Positions 9,105-19,102 of a stretch of 64,000 bases of DNA are shown here, piece by piece; the stretch's first letter is position 1; each line of letters starts with the position of its first letter. Source of the stretch: a bacterium (GTDB lineage: Bacteria; Patescibacteriota; Patescibacteriia; Patescibacteriales; GWC2-42-12); contig JAUSEG010000017.1 of NCBI GenBank assembly GCA_030650415.1, forward strand, positions 16,885 to 80,884. Reading direction: 5' to 3'. A program made the position numbers and the translations under genes. Below the pieces are notes generated by a model. That model saw only the letters and a list, made by a program, of their open reading frames with translations, was not told where the DNA came from and searched no databases.

Positions 9105-9422
9105 ATGCCAGAAAGACCCGAAGAACAATTAGATTTTTTTAATAGAACAGACAGGCAGCCGGCGCAGAAAAATGGCGCGGTAGAAGCTGGAGCGCAAAAA
9201 AGAGATAAAATGATACCGCCGATATTTAAGCCAGAAGATATAAAAAAAATTTTTGGTGAAAACGAAATAGCGCCGGCGGGAGAGTCTGAAAAAACCACTC
9301 CGGAAAAAAATGTTAGGGAGCCGAGAAGTCATCCGAGGAAGATGCCTTTGAATTCTGCTGAAAAAAGTTTAGGCTGGGCGGGTCGTTACTGGGGTAATAA
9401 CCCAGATGATTCTAAGCAATAA
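9105..9422 (+). CDS. Hypothetical protein (hydrophilic)
   Basis: 105-aa ORF co-oriented 11 bp upstream of htrA. Confidence 0.55.
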   Translation: MPERPEEQLDFFNRTDRQPAQKNGAVEAGAQKRDKMIPPIFKPEDIKKIFGENEIAPAGESEKTTPEKNVREPRSHPRKMPLNSAEKSLGWAGRYWGNNPDDSKQ

Positions 9423-9433
9423 TTATTAATTTT

Positions 9434-10555
9434 ATGATAAAAAAATATTTTATAATTAGCGTGATGTTATTAGTCGGATTGATCGGCGGTTTATTTATTA
9501 ATTTTTATTTACCTAAAACGACCAGTGTGATAGCCGATAATCTGCGCTTGGATGATCAAGAAGCGACGATTAGGGCGATTAATAAAGTTATGCCCGCAGT
9601 AGTAAGCATAATTATAATTGATCAACAAATCTCGGTTAGCGTAGATTTAAATACCGGCCAGCAAACCGAGAAAAAGGATAAAGTTCAGAAGGGCTCCGGC
9701 ACCGGCTTTATTATTTCGCCGGACGGACTGATTTTAACCAATAAACATGTAGTTAGCGCGGGTAACGAAAAAACCGCTGAATACAGAGTAATTTTGAATT
9801 CAGGCAAGCAATATTACGCCCAGTTAATCGGCAAAGATCCGATAAATGATCTGGCGGTATTAAAAATTTTTGATAAAAACTTGCCCTTCGTGCAGTTAGG
9901 CGATAGCGATAAACTGCAGATTGGCACGACCGCCATCGCTATCGGCAATACTTTAGGCAGATATCAGAATAGCGCTGCTAAGGGCATAATCAGCGGTTTA
10001 GGCAGAAATATCGAGGCTTCAGATCAAAGCGGCAGTCTGACCGAAACTTTAGATAATGTTATCCAGACCGACGCGGACATAAATTTAGGCAATTCGGGCG
10101 GTCCGTTGGTTGATTTGGAAGGTAATATCATTGGTATAAACGTAGCTATCGATCAATCCGGTTCGTCAGTTGGTTTTGCCATTCCGATTAACGATGCCAA
10201 GCCGGTAATAAAGTCGGTGCGTGAACTCGGCCGCATTATTAGGTCGCGGCTCGGGATTAGATATCAGATGTTAACCCCGGAGATAGCAGCCGAATACAAA
10301 TTAGCTAAAGATAGCGGCGCCTGGATATCGACCAACGAAATCGGCGGCCCAGCGGTGCTCTCGGATTCGCCGGCCAATAAAGCCGGTTTGATTCCCAACG
10401 ATATAATTATGGAAATAAACGGCATAAAACTGCAAGGCAAAACTACCCTTATGTCAGTAGTTCAAAAATATAAGCCGGGCGATAAAATTGGTTTAAGAGT
10501 TTTTCGCGATGGGAAAATTATTATTTTAACGGCCATTTTGGATGAGTTTAGATAA
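9434..10555 (+). CDS. HtrA/DegP-family serine protease with PDZ domain
   Basis: TNKHVV, DLAV, GNSGG catalytic motifs; C-terminal PDZ. Confidence 0.93.
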   Translation: MIKKYFIISVMLLVGLIGGLFINFYLPKTTSVIADNLRLDDQEATIRAINKVMPAVVSIIIIDQQISVSVDLNTGQQTEKKDKVQKGSGTGFIISPDGLILTNKHVVSAGNEKTAEYRVILNSGKQYYAQLIGKDPINDLAVLKIFDKNLPFVQLGDSDKLQIGTTAIAIGNTLGRYQNSAAKGIISGLGRNIEASDQSGSLTETLDNVIQTDADINLGNSGGPLVDLEGNIIGINVAIDQSGSSVGFAIPINDAKPVIKSVRELGRIIRSRLGIRYQMLTPEIAAEYKLAKDSGAWISTNEIGGPAVLSDSPANKAGLIPNDIIMEINGIKLQGKTTLMSVVQKYKPGDKIGLRVFRDGKIIILTAILDEFR

Positions 10556-10561
10556 ATTATG

Positions 10562-10658
10562 CCCTCCTTCCAAAGGAGGGGTAGGCCTGCCCGCAACGCT
10601 TCGCTTGCGAGGCGGGCGGGGGAGGTTTAAACCCCCTTAATCCCCCTTTTGAAGGGGG
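10562..10658. repeat. CCCCC(T)TT..AAGGGGG-type REP doublet with nested CCTGCCCGC...GCGGGCGGG insertion (10586-10620)
   Basis: Hairpins ccctccttccaaaggaggg and ccccctttt gaaggggg; related copies near 26978, 44293, 45221, 50404, 59337. Confidence 0.7.
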
Positions 10659-10665
10659 ATAAAAT

Positions 10666-10944
10666 ATGATAGAAATAAATAATTTATTTAATAATATGGA
10701 ACAACCCGAATCAATAAAAAAAGGTCTAGAGATGGGACCTCCAGTAGAAAATATCCAACGAATCAATAAAGGAGAAAAACATTTTCAAATTTTTGCCGAT
10801 GTTAATGGTGAAAGGAGGTGGGTTTTAAGTTCTATCAATGGTGTAGTTACAATAAAGGGAGATCTTTGGTCGAAAAAAATGAAACGAAAAGTGGAAGAAT
10901 TTACTGGAGAAAAATTTGAAAATCCAAATATGGATTGGGCATAG
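10666..10944 (+). CDS. Hypothetical protein flanked by a 28-bp direct repeat
   Basis: 92-aa ORF (alternative start 10696); its start duplicates the start of the next gene. Confidence 0.6.
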   Translation: MIEINNLFNNMEQPESIKKGLEMGPPVENIQRINKGEKHFQIFADVNGERRWVLSSINGVVTIKGDLWSKKMKRKVEEFTGEKFENPNMDWA

Positions 10945-10956
10945 TAGAAATAAAAT

Positions 10957-11661
10957 ATGATAGAAATAAAAAATTTAACAAAAAAGTTTGGTCAAAACTT
11001 GGTTTTAGATAACTTAAGTTTTTCTGTGGCTAAAGGCGAAATCTTGGGTTTTCTCGGTCCGAATGGAGCCGGCAAGACTACGACCATGAAAATTATTACT
11101 TCTTTTTGGCCGGCGACGTCAGGCCAGATTTTAATCGACGGATTGGACACGGCCGTAAATTCCTTGGCTACGAGAAGAAAGATCGGCTATTTGCCGGAAA
11201 CTGTGCCGCTCTATGAGGATATGAGAGTTTTTGAATATTTAAAGTTTGTGGCGGAAATCCGCGGATTGGAAAAATTCAAGATTATGCCCAGATTAAAAGA
11301 AGTGGTTTCGCTTTGCGGTTTATCTAAGGTTTGGCGCCGGCCGATTGACGAGTTGTCAAAGGGTTTCCGCCAGCGCGTGGGCTTGGCTCAAGCGATTATG
11401 CATGAGCCGGATATTTTAATTTTAGATGAACCGACTACCGGTTTAGACCCGAATCAAATAGTGGAGATCCGCGATTTGATTAAAACCATCGGCCGAGAAA
11501 AAACCGTGATTTTTTCCACCCATATCTTAAGCGAGGTTAGCGCCACCTGTAATCGCGTGATAATTATTAATAATGGCAAGATTGTCGGGCAGGGGAGTCC
11601 GGCGGAGCTGGAGAAACAATACGGCAACCTGGAGCAGGCGTTTAGGGAATTAACGAAATAA
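10957..11661 (+). CDS. ABC transporter ATP-binding protein (GldA-like)
   Basis: GPNGAGKT, LSKGFRQR, DEPTTGLDPNQ. Confidence 0.9.
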   Translation: MIEIKNLTKKFGQNLVLDNLSFSVAKGEILGFLGPNGAGKTTTMKIITSFWPATSGQILIDGLDTAVNSLATRRKIGYLPETVPLYEDMRVFEYLKFVAEIRGLEKFKIMPRLKEVVSLCGLSKVWRRPIDELSKGFRQRVGLAQAIMHEPDILILDEPTTGLDPNQIVEIRDLIKTIGREKTVIFSTHILSEVSATCNRVIIINNGKIVGQGSPAELEKQYGNLEQAFRELTK

Positions 11662-11688
11662 ATGAAAAATGGCAATACCGTCTTAATT

Positions 11689-11878
11689 GTCATTGCGGCC
11701 TCTGAGCCGCAATCCAGGAGTGAGCAGTAAAAATAAAAATATTATAATAAAAATTAATAGCAAGTAAAATGTTTAGAAGCGTTTTTTGATAACTCGTAGT
11801 TTGTGCGGTTTACTCCTGGATTCCGGCTTCGCCTGCCTGATGGCAGACTCTCCGCCTGCTGGCGGAGGCCGGAATGAC
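11689..11878. repeat. GTCATT...AATGAC REP-like doublet with nested palindromes
   Basis: gtcattgcggcc..ccgcaatccaggag / ctcctggattccggc..gccggaatgac. Confidence 0.8.
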
Positions 11879-11902
11879 AGTATAATAAACTTTAAATTAC
11901 CT

Positions 11903-12637
11903 ATGAATAAATTGCAGTATCTAAAAATTATCTATATACTCTTTAAGAAAGAATTAATGTCCTATTTTAATTCTCCCATCGCTTATATTTTTATCGGCGT
12001 ATTTTTAATCGTCGGCAATTGGCTATTTTTTAATGCTTTTTTTCTAATTGGGCAGGCGAGCGTTAGAAATTATTTTTCTCTCTTACCCTGGATATTTTTA
12101 TTTTTATCGCCGGCTATTACTATGCGACTCTGGGCCGAAGAAAAGAAAAGCGGTACGATTGAATTTTTATTGACTTTACCCGTAACTGATTGGCAAGTGG
12201 TCTTGGCTAAATTTTTTAGCGCCTTGGCTTTTCTATTTTTCAGCTTACTGCTTTCAATCAGCATACCGTTCTCCGTGGCCTGGCTCGGTAATTTAGATAT
12301 GGGTCCGGTAATCGGCGGTTATCTGGGCGCTTTATTTTTAGGCGGATCATACTTGGCTCTAGGTTTATTTATTTCCAGTTTGACAAAGAATCAAATTATC
12401 GCTTTTATTTTAGGTTTGGTGGCTTGTTTTACTGCTTTTATTATCGGCGCGGATTTTGTTTTAGCCGGCGCGCCGGCCGCGCTCGCGCCTTTGATGAAGT
12501 TTATTGGGTTAGGCAGCCATTTTAATAATATCGCCAGAGGCGTAATTGATACCAAGGATATAATTTATTATTTATCTTTTATATTTTTATTTCTCTGGCT
12601 TAATGTCAGGGTAATCGAGAAAAGAAGTTGGAAATAA
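11903..12637 (+). CDS. ABC-2 permease (GldF-like)
   Basis: 'KEL.SYFNSPIAY', 'PAITMRLWAEEKKSGTIE.LLT.P'; upstream ORF extension is REP-derived. Confidence 0.88.
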   Translation: MNKLQYLKIIYILFKKELMSYFNSPIAYIFIGVFLIVGNWLFFNAFFLIGQASVRNYFSLLPWIFLFLSPAITMRLWAEEKKSGTIEFLLTLPVTDWQVVLAKFFSALAFLFFSLLLSISIPFSVAWLGNLDMGPVIGGYLGALFLGGSYLALGLFISSLTKNQIIAFILGLVACFTAFIIGADFVLAGAPAALAPLMKFIGLGSHFNNIARGVIDTKDIIYYLSFIFLFLWLNVRVIEKRSWK

Positions 12638-12649
12638 TATTTTTTTATT

Positions 12650-14173
12650 ATGAAAATTAATAAATTTTTTGCCAAAGCCAATTTAAGCATTACCGTTGCT
12701 ATCGTCATCGGCATTTTAATCATGGTTAACTTTTTTTCTTATAATATATTTTATCGCTTTGATTTAACCCAGAACAAGGATTATTCAATTTCCAAAGTAA
12801 GTAAAAAAACCGTGGCCGATCTCCGGGATTTAGTAAACATCAAGGCCTACTTTTCCGCCAATCTGCCGTCGCAGTATCTTAGTTTAAGGCAGGAAGTTGG
12901 GGATATCCTTGATGAATACGCTAATTATTCGAGCGGAAAAATTAAAGTGGAATTTATTAGCCCCGGGGGCGACGAAACCGTTAAGCGCGATTTATATTTA
13001 GCCGGCATACCGGAATTGCAATTTAATGTTTTGGAAAAAGACAAATATCAGGTTGTAAATGGCTATTTAGGCATGATAATTAAATATGGCGACAAGTCGC
13101 AGGCCATACCGGTTATTGAGAGCACTCTTGACTTTGAATATCAAATTACCTCGGCCATTAAAAAATTAACTAATGATAAAATCGCCAATCTAGGTTTTTG
13201 GCAAGGCGCTGGAGCCTTGGATACGCAAAAAGATCTTACCGTAGCTTTTAAAAAACTGGAAGAAATATATAATGTCTCGGTTATAAATTTTATAGCAGAG
13301 AAAAAAATTCCCGACGACCTGGATACATTAATTATTATCGGTCCAAAAGAGCAGTTTAAAGACGAAGAATTAAAAGCCATTGATGCGTTTTTAATGAAAG
13401 GAAAATCTTTAATAATTTTGGCTGACGGGGTAACCGTTGATCAGGGTTTATCGGCTAAGAGCAACGATATCGGCCTGAATAAAATTTTAGAAAGCTGGGG
13501 GGTTAAACTTAACAACAATTTGGTGCTGGACGTTAATAATAGCCTGGCATCATTCAGCCAGGGCTTCGTTACTTTTTCAACCAACTATCCGTATTGGCCG
13601 AAGGTTATAAAGCCAGGCTTTGATCAGAATAACGTTGCCGTAGCCAGACTGGAGAGTTTGGTTTTACCTTGGACCTCTTCAATTGATGTAAATTCCGATA
13701 AAACAAAAAATTTAAAAATTTCACTTCTAGCTCAAAGTTCCGACAGAGCGATGGCGATAGCCGATAATTTTAATTTGTCGCCGCAAGCCGAAATAAAGAA
13801 TGGCGTTAGGGCTAAATTTAATTTGGCTATAGCCGCAACCGGCAGTTTCGCGAGCGCTTTCAATCAACCGAGTACGGGAGCCGGCCGCTTAATCTTAGTC
13901 GGGGACAGTGATTTTATTAATGATAATTTTTTGAGAAATTACCCGGATAATTTAGTCTTTTTTCAAAATGTGGTTGATAGTTTAGCTTTGGGCGATGATT
14001 TAATTTCCATTCGCTCAAAAGGGATAACCGAACGGCCGATTAAAGAAATAAGCGAATCGATAAAAGCCATGGTTAGATATGCCAATATTTTCGGAATAAC
14101 CGCGGTGGTTATATTATTTGGCTTAGCCAGATACTTTCTTAGAAGAAGAGGGAAGTTCGGGGAGGAGATATAA
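12650..14173 (+). CDS. ABC transporter auxiliary protein (GldG-like)
   Basis: 'RFDLT.NK.YS+S..S', 'EYQITSAI', 'GDSDF','N..F..N.VD'. Confidence 0.85.
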   Translation: MKINKFFAKANLSITVAIVIGILIMVNFFSYNIFYRFDLTQNKDYSISKVSKKTVADLRDLVNIKAYFSANLPSQYLSLRQEVGDILDEYANYSSGKIKVEFISPGGDETVKRDLYLAGIPELQFNVLEKDKYQVVNGYLGMIIKYGDKSQAIPVIESTLDFEYQITSAIKKLTNDKIANLGFWQGAGALDTQKDLTVAFKKLEEIYNVSVINFIAEKKIPDDLDTLIIIGPKEQFKDEELKAIDAFLMKGKSLIILADGVTVDQGLSAKSNDIGLNKILESWGVKLNNNLVLDVNNSLASFSQGFVTFSTNYPYWPKVIKPGFDQNNVAVARLESLVLPWTSSIDVNSDKTKNLKISLLAQSSDRAMAIADNFNLSPQAEIKNGVRAKFNLAIAATGSFASAFNQPSTGAGRLILVGDSDFINDNFLRNYPDNLVFFQNVVDSLALGDDLISIRSKGITERPIKEISESIKAMVRYANIFGITAVVILFGLARYFLRRRGKFGEEI

Positions 14174-14180
14174 AATATAA

Positions 14181-14296
14181 AAATTTTCAATTTTCAATTT
14201 ATAATTTTCAAACAATTTTCAATGAATTAATTTCCAATTTAAAAATTGAAGAATTAAAACATTGTTTAAAAATTGAAAATTAGAAATTAGAAATTA
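14181..14296. repeat. Heptamer-periodic inverted-repeat element
   Basis: (aattttc)n...tcaaacaat..aatg / cattgttt...(aaattag)n; similar to 30599, 42991, 60927. Confidence 0.75.
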
Positions 14297-14304
14297 ATTC
14301 TCTT

Positions 14305-15264
14305 ATGAATCGTAAAACATTAGTATTGGGCGGAGTATTAATAGCGCTTATAGCCCTGGCTTTCCTTTATCAAGGGCCTTTAAAAAAATGGCAAAATAGT
14401 TTAGGCAAACCGAGTAATTTTTTAGCTAAAATTGATTTAGCTAAAATTGATAAAATTGAAGTTATTTCCGGAAGTAATACCGTAGTTTTAAACAAGCAGG
14501 GAGGATTATCGGCCGGTTTGGCGCAAGCTACTTCGGCTGGCTCAGTAGAAACTAAATGGAAATATAATAATAGCAAAGATTTTTATGTTGATCCGGCTAT
14601 TATGGCAAAAGTTCTGGAAAGTTTAGATAAGGCGAAGACATCAGAGCTTGAACTAGTCAGTAATAACCCCGAAAGAAAAAGCGAATTTAAAATCGATAGC
14701 GCCGGTTTAACGGTTAGAGTCTATCAGGCCGATAAAAAGGTCGCTGATTTTATTATTGGCGGAGTGGCTAGCGGCGAATATGGCAGCTCTTATATATCAA
14801 CGCCGGAGTCGCGAGCCACCTACTTGGTTAGGGTTGATTTTATTGGCGCTTTTAGGCGGACTGAGTGGCGGGATTTAACGATTTTTTCAACCGCTCAGGA
14901 GAAATTAAATAAAATTAGATTCCAATATTCGAATCGTGAGTTTACAGTAGAATTAAAAGATGGTAAATGGGCCGGAATCTTGCCTCAAAAATTCGCAGTG
15001 AATAAAGAAAAAATTGAAAAAATAGCCCAAATTATGTCAAATTTAAAAGCCGTGGAAATTCCCGAGCAAACCTTTAGTAAAACCGGTTTAAATAAGCACC
15101 TCATAATTATAGAAGCAAAAGGCGAGGCGATTGATAATATATTGATGATCGGAGAAAATTTAGATGGGCGGTCATATGCCAAGAGAGGCGAGAGCGATAA
15201 TATATATTTAATAAATAAATCGGATCGGGATGAGCTGGATAAATGGATTTGGCAGCTGAAATAA
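14305..15264 (+). CDS. DUF4340-domain protein
   Basis: Position after GldG-like gene; 'WRD.TI' motif; N-terminal TM. Confidence 0.75.
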   Translation: MNRKTLVLGGVLIALIALAFLYQGPLKKWQNSLGKPSNFLAKIDLAKIDKIEVISGSNTVVLNKQGGLSAGLAQATSAGSVETKWKYNNSKDFYVDPAIMAKVLESLDKAKTSELELVSNNPERKSEFKIDSAGLTVRVYQADKKVADFIIGGVASGEYGSSYISTPESRATYLVRVDFIGAFRRTEWRDLTIFSTAQEKLNKIRFQYSNREFTVELKDGKWAGILPQKFAVNKEKIEKIAQIMSNLKAVEIPEQTFSKTGLNKHLIIIEAKGEAIDNILMIGENLDGRSYAKRGESDNIYLINKSDRDELDKWIWQLK

Positions 15265-15312
15265 TAAAAAAATAAAAAAACAAGTCTAGGGCTAAGGCTG
15301 GTTTTTTTATTT

Positions 15313-16650
15313 CTACTGGATCAGCAATTTATATAAACCCTCGATGTTGCCGACTTTACCGGAAAAATATAGAATGTCGCCATCGGCATTTAAGCCAAAA
15401 GATTCGATTAAATCGAATCTTGCCAATTCAACAATATTTCTTTTTTCTCTTTCATCCAACTCAATCGCGTTTATAGTCTGGCCGGTGGAATATATGATAT
15501 AATTTTTGTTTGGGTGCATGACGACGCTATTGATTTCTTCGCTTATTCTGGTTATTAAAGTTTGTTTTTTTGTTTCGAGATTGTACAGCCAGATTTCATA
15601 GTCTCCAGCGTACAATAAGAGGTTGTTATTAACCCAGAAAGTAGTTTTTACATTATTTATAACTTCTACCAAGGGCGAATAATTCGCGGCTAGCGGATTA
15701 ATCAGATAAAGAATTTTATGATCATTATCGTAAAGGTTAATTAAATTCTGTTCGGGGTTAATAAAAGAATAATTATTTGAGGCCGGTAGGTCGATATTTT
15801 TAATTTGCGCGCCGGTTTCTATATTTATAATTTCCAGCGAGCTGGCGGTTGGTTTCGATTGGTTAATTAAATATAGATAACGATCTTTAGTTAAGAAATC
15901 ATTAAATTTTTTATTGGCAATTATCTCGGTTGGTAAGTTAGCGCTGTTTAACCGGTAAATTGAAGTTTTGTTTTGAAAGTATAAGTTGTCGTTTTGCCAC
16001 TTATAATTAAGACCATCGAGAGGCTTATTCGGGCCGATGTTAATATTTAAATTATTTAAATCGTAAAGATAATTATCAATTATCAATTTTTGGCCATCGC
16101 CTGACCAGGTAATATTTTTTCCTTTAAGATTGTTTTGGCTGATCGATTTCTTCGTTTCATCTTCCAAATTTAAAAAAGTAATTTGGCCGGCGGATAAAAT
16201 CAAGGCTTGATTATTATTTGGTGATAAATTTATGGATTTAACTCCAGCCGGAGCGATCTGAATCGGCAGGTCGTTTTTAAACAAATAAATGTCTTCTATA
16301 AAGGTTGAAGCCCCGGGGTTGATAGACAATTTTTTTTGCCAGTTCCAGTAGCCATTAAGTTTAAGCGCCAGATCGTATTCTCCCGGCAGAAGGTTTTTAA
16401 TTTTTGCCGGCGTAGTGATAAAATCATTTTTATTGAATATGGAGCTGATGAGTTTTTTTTGAACCTGGCCGTTTATAAGTATTTTGGCGCCCCGCGGATT
16501 GGAGTCAACAATAAACATGCCGGTTCGCTGGATGAAAAAACCGTTTTTGCTTAATTTAAAACCCGCGGCGTAAAGCACAACGACCGGGGTAATTGCTAAA
16601 AACAGCAGTATAAAAATTAAACTAAGAATCCTTCTGACTTTTAATGTCAT
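15313..16650 (-). CDS. PEGA-domain protein with repeat (propeller-like) C-terminus
   Basis: 'YA.G+...TG...+.S.P.GAKI.ING...TP..I.NLLPGEY.L...GY..W.K'. Confidence 0.8.
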   Translation of the reverse strand: MTLKVRRILSLIFILLFLAITPVVVLYAAGFKLSKNGFFIQRTGMFIVDSNPRGAKILINGQVQKKLISSIFNKNDFITTPAKIKNLLPGEYDLALKLNGYWNWQKKLSINPGASTFIEDIYLFKNDLPIQIAPAGVKSINLSPNNNQALILSAGQITFLNLEDETKKSISQNNLKGKNITWSGDGQKLIIDNYLYDLNNLNINIGPNKPLDGLNYKWQNDNLYFQNKTSIYRLNSANLPTEIIANKKFNDFLTKDRYLYLINQSKPTASSLEIINIETGAQIKNIDLPASNNYSFINPEQNLINLYDNDHKILYLINPLAANYSPLVEVINNVKTTFWVNNNLLLYAGDYEIWLYNLETKKQTLITRISEEINSVVMHPNKNYIIYSTGQTINAIELDEREKRNIVELARFDLIESFGLNADGDILYFSGKVGNIEGLYKLLIQ

Positions 16651-16662
16651 AGTTTAACTTAT

Positions 16663-17961
16663 TTAATTAACTCGTTCTATGTCCGTGCCGAGTTTATTTA
16701 ATCGTTCGCAGATATTTTCATAACCGCGATCAATTGAGTATGAATTATAAAGAATTGATTTACCCTTGGCCGCCAGCATGCATATAAGTAAATTTATTGC
16801 CGGTCTTAGAGCCGGCGGGCAAATTATTTTAGCGGGTTTCAATTTTGTTGGACCGCTGACCGTAACCCGATACTGATCGTGCATAAGGATCCTTGCCCCT
16901 AATTTATTTAATTCAGTATAATAGATTGCCCGATTTTCATAAACCCAATCATGCACGAGAGTTTGGCCCTTGGCTTGAGTTAGGATCGGCAGGAATAAAG
17001 GCAGATTATCAATATTTAAGCCGGGAAAGGGGCGACCGTAAATTTTATCCGGCAGGGCGATTAATTTTGAGGGCGTGATCTCTATGTTAACAAGTTTAAA
17101 TTGGCCGTTAGTAGATTTGTAGGCTCGGCTGATTTTTATTTTTTGGCCCATCAGGCTTAATTTTTCCAATTCCAGACTTAAAAATTCTATGGGGCAATGG
17201 GTGATTTTTAATTTTGAACCGGTGGTGATGGCAATAGAAATAAAAGCCATGGATTCTATCGGATCAGGCATAATCGGGTAATTAATCGGTTTCAGTTTTT
17301 TTACTCCGGTAATCCGCAGCTTAGTCGTGCCGATGCCTTTAATTTTTGCTCCGGCGCGGACTAAGAAGAAACACAAATCTTGCACCATATAATTAGGCGA
17401 AGCTAAATTTATTTCGGTTATGCCGGGCAGAAGAACAGCGGCTAAAATAGCATTTTCGGTAGCCGTATCTCCGGATTCGTACATAGTAAACTCTGCGCCT
17501 TTAGCCTTGCCTCGATTAACAAAGAATTGGTTGTTGATTTTTTTTACTTCAATGCCAAGATGCTTTAGGGCAATCATGTGCGGATTGATGGTTCTTTTCC
17601 CTAGCTTGCAGCCGCTGGTTTTCGGCAAAGAGAAATTTTTAAATATCGAAGATAGGGCGCCGATTAAGAGAATCGCCGATCTGGTTTTTTCATAAGACTC
17701 ACGGTTAATTTTTTTAAGAGAAATTTTACCGGAGTTTATGACTTCCAGTTTATTGCCCGAGAGCCAGGTTATTTTTAAACCAATGGAAGTTAAAATTTCT
17801 ATGATTCGGTTAACTTCTTCAATTCGCGGCATGTCTGTTAAAATAGTTTTTCCTTTGATTATCGGTAGGGCGCAAAGTATGGCCACGGCCGAATTTTTCG
17901 CCGAGTTGGTTTTAATCGTGCCATGCAGTTTACGACCGCCGTTTATAACGAAATTTGACAT
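16663..17961 (-). CDS. murA: UDP-N-acetylglucosamine 1-carboxyvinyltransferase
   Basis: AKN, 'GCKLGKR' catalytic Cys, ATEN, IDRGYE. Confidence 0.95.
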   Translation of the reverse strand: MSNFVINGGRKLHGTIKTNSAKNSAVAILCALPIIKGKTILTDMPRIEEVNRIIEILTSIGLKITWLSGNKLEVINSGKISLKKINRESYEKTRSAILLIGALSSIFKNFSLPKTSGCKLGKRTINPHMIALKHLGIEVKKINNQFFVNRGKAKGAEFTMYESGDTATENAILAAVLLPGITEINLASPNYMVQDLCFFLVRAGAKIKGIGTTKLRITGVKKLKPINYPIMPDPIESMAFISIAITTGSKLKITHCPIEFLSLELEKLSLMGQKIKISRAYKSTNGQFKLVNIEITPSKLIALPDKIYGRPFPGLNIDNLPLFLPILTQAKGQTLVHDWVYENRAIYYTELNKLGARILMHDQYRVTVSGPTKLKPAKIICPPALRPAINLLICMLAAKGKSILYNSYSIDRGYENICERLNKLGTDIERVN

Positions 17962-17999
17962 AAAGTTATTAAAAATCAAAATTAAAATATTTATATTTT

Positions 18000-18157
18000 G
18001 TCATTGCGGCCTCCGAGCCGCAATCCAGGAGAAGAAGCAGGAGTGAGAAGATAAGAATGAAGCTAATTAAAGAAAGAAAATTTTGTTTGGCGCAATTTAT
18101 TTAGTGATTTATAGTTCGTTCAACTTCCTCCTGGATTCCCGCCTGCGCGGGAATGAC
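18000..18157. repeat. GTCATT...AATGAC REP-like doublet
   Basis: gtcattgcggcctccgagccgcaatccaggag / ctcctggattcccgcctgcgcgggaatgac. Confidence 0.8.
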
Positions 18158-18289
18158 AAGATAGAATTATCATAGCTTAAACCGGGCGATTTTTCAAGGA
18201 TTTGGCAAGGTTTGTCCGTTTTACGCCAAATAAAAAAGCGTTCGAGGTCGGAGTCTCGAACGCGGTTTGTGAGTAAATTTTTGCCGCGA

Positions 18290-18943
18290 TTACTGCGCGT
18301 CAACGGTATAGAGGGCGGCTACCTTTTTTTCCGCCTTAAGCCAATCCTCCGTTGCTTGACCATCCTTCCTCTCCTGCCATAGGTGCTTTGCTCGTTCCGT
18401 CCTTTCGGTTAGGGAGGGGATGTGGCCACTTTCCTTGATAAACAGATCCCAGGCATCGCACCAATTGTGCTGGCTTCTGTCCTGTTCGTAGCGACTCCAG
18501 ATGTGTTGCGCTGCTTTGGCTACAAGTTCATTGAACTCGGAGCGGTTGACCAACGATTTCTCGGCACGCGAGATACGTTCAAGTGTGATGACTCCGTCTG
18601 CTGTCAGACAGAGCAGGATCTTGGCGCAGTGTTCGTGTGTCTCGCAGGCGCTGATGATGACCTTAACGCCCGGACAGAGGCAGATGTCAGGGATAGGGCC
18701 ATAACAGGCTTCGGGCTTGAACATGGCCACGATACGTTTTCCGGCCGCCAGGCATTGCGCGATGGCATGGATATGATGGTAGCCGTATGAGCTGCGTCCT
18801 CTTTGCCCGCACACGAAACAGGTGGCATCCGGGTTTTGCCCGTGATATTGTTGGAGACCGTACTTGTCGGTGTAGAAGTACTCGCCTTCAGAAGGTTTTA
18901 GATCTGCCAATTCGGCAGTGCCCGTAGAATTAGTTTCTATCAT
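18290..18943 (-). CDS. Cys-rich hypothetical protein with two DUF2934-like motifs
   Basis: CFVC; 'AAQHIW..NW..A' and 'RAKHLWQER..G.A.EDWLKAE'; GC-richer than flanks. Confidence 0.65.
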   Translation of the reverse strand: MIETNSTGTAELADLKPSEGEYFYTDKYGLQQYHGQNPDATCFVCGQRGRSSYGYHHIHAIAQCLAAGKRIVAMFKPEACYGPIPDICLCPGVKVIISACETHEHCAKILLCLTADGVITLERISRAEKSLVNRSEFNELVAKAAQHIWSRYEQDRSQHNWCDAWDLFIKESGHIPSLTERTERAKHLWQERKDGQATEDWLKAEKKVAALYTVDAQ

Positions 18944-19002
18944 GTTTCCTTTGTTCGTTGAGTTTTTGGTGTTTGTTTTCCCTCGTTTTTCCCTCCGCCC
19001 TC

Positions 19003-19031
19003 ATACTATCAACTCAACTGACACCTGTCAA
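19003..19031 (-). promoter_or_regulatory. Sigma70 promoter
   Basis: TTGACA-N17-TAGTAT. Confidence 0.6.
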
Positions 19032-19102
19032 TTCCAGTTAAATTTGGCAAAATGGATTTGCTTATGGTAAGATTAAGAAGTAAATATTAATTATAGTTTA
19101 TT

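Noticed and set aside
11786..11902. N-terminal extension of the GldF-like permease
   Set aside because: Derived from REP sequence; ATG 11903 fits the family start better
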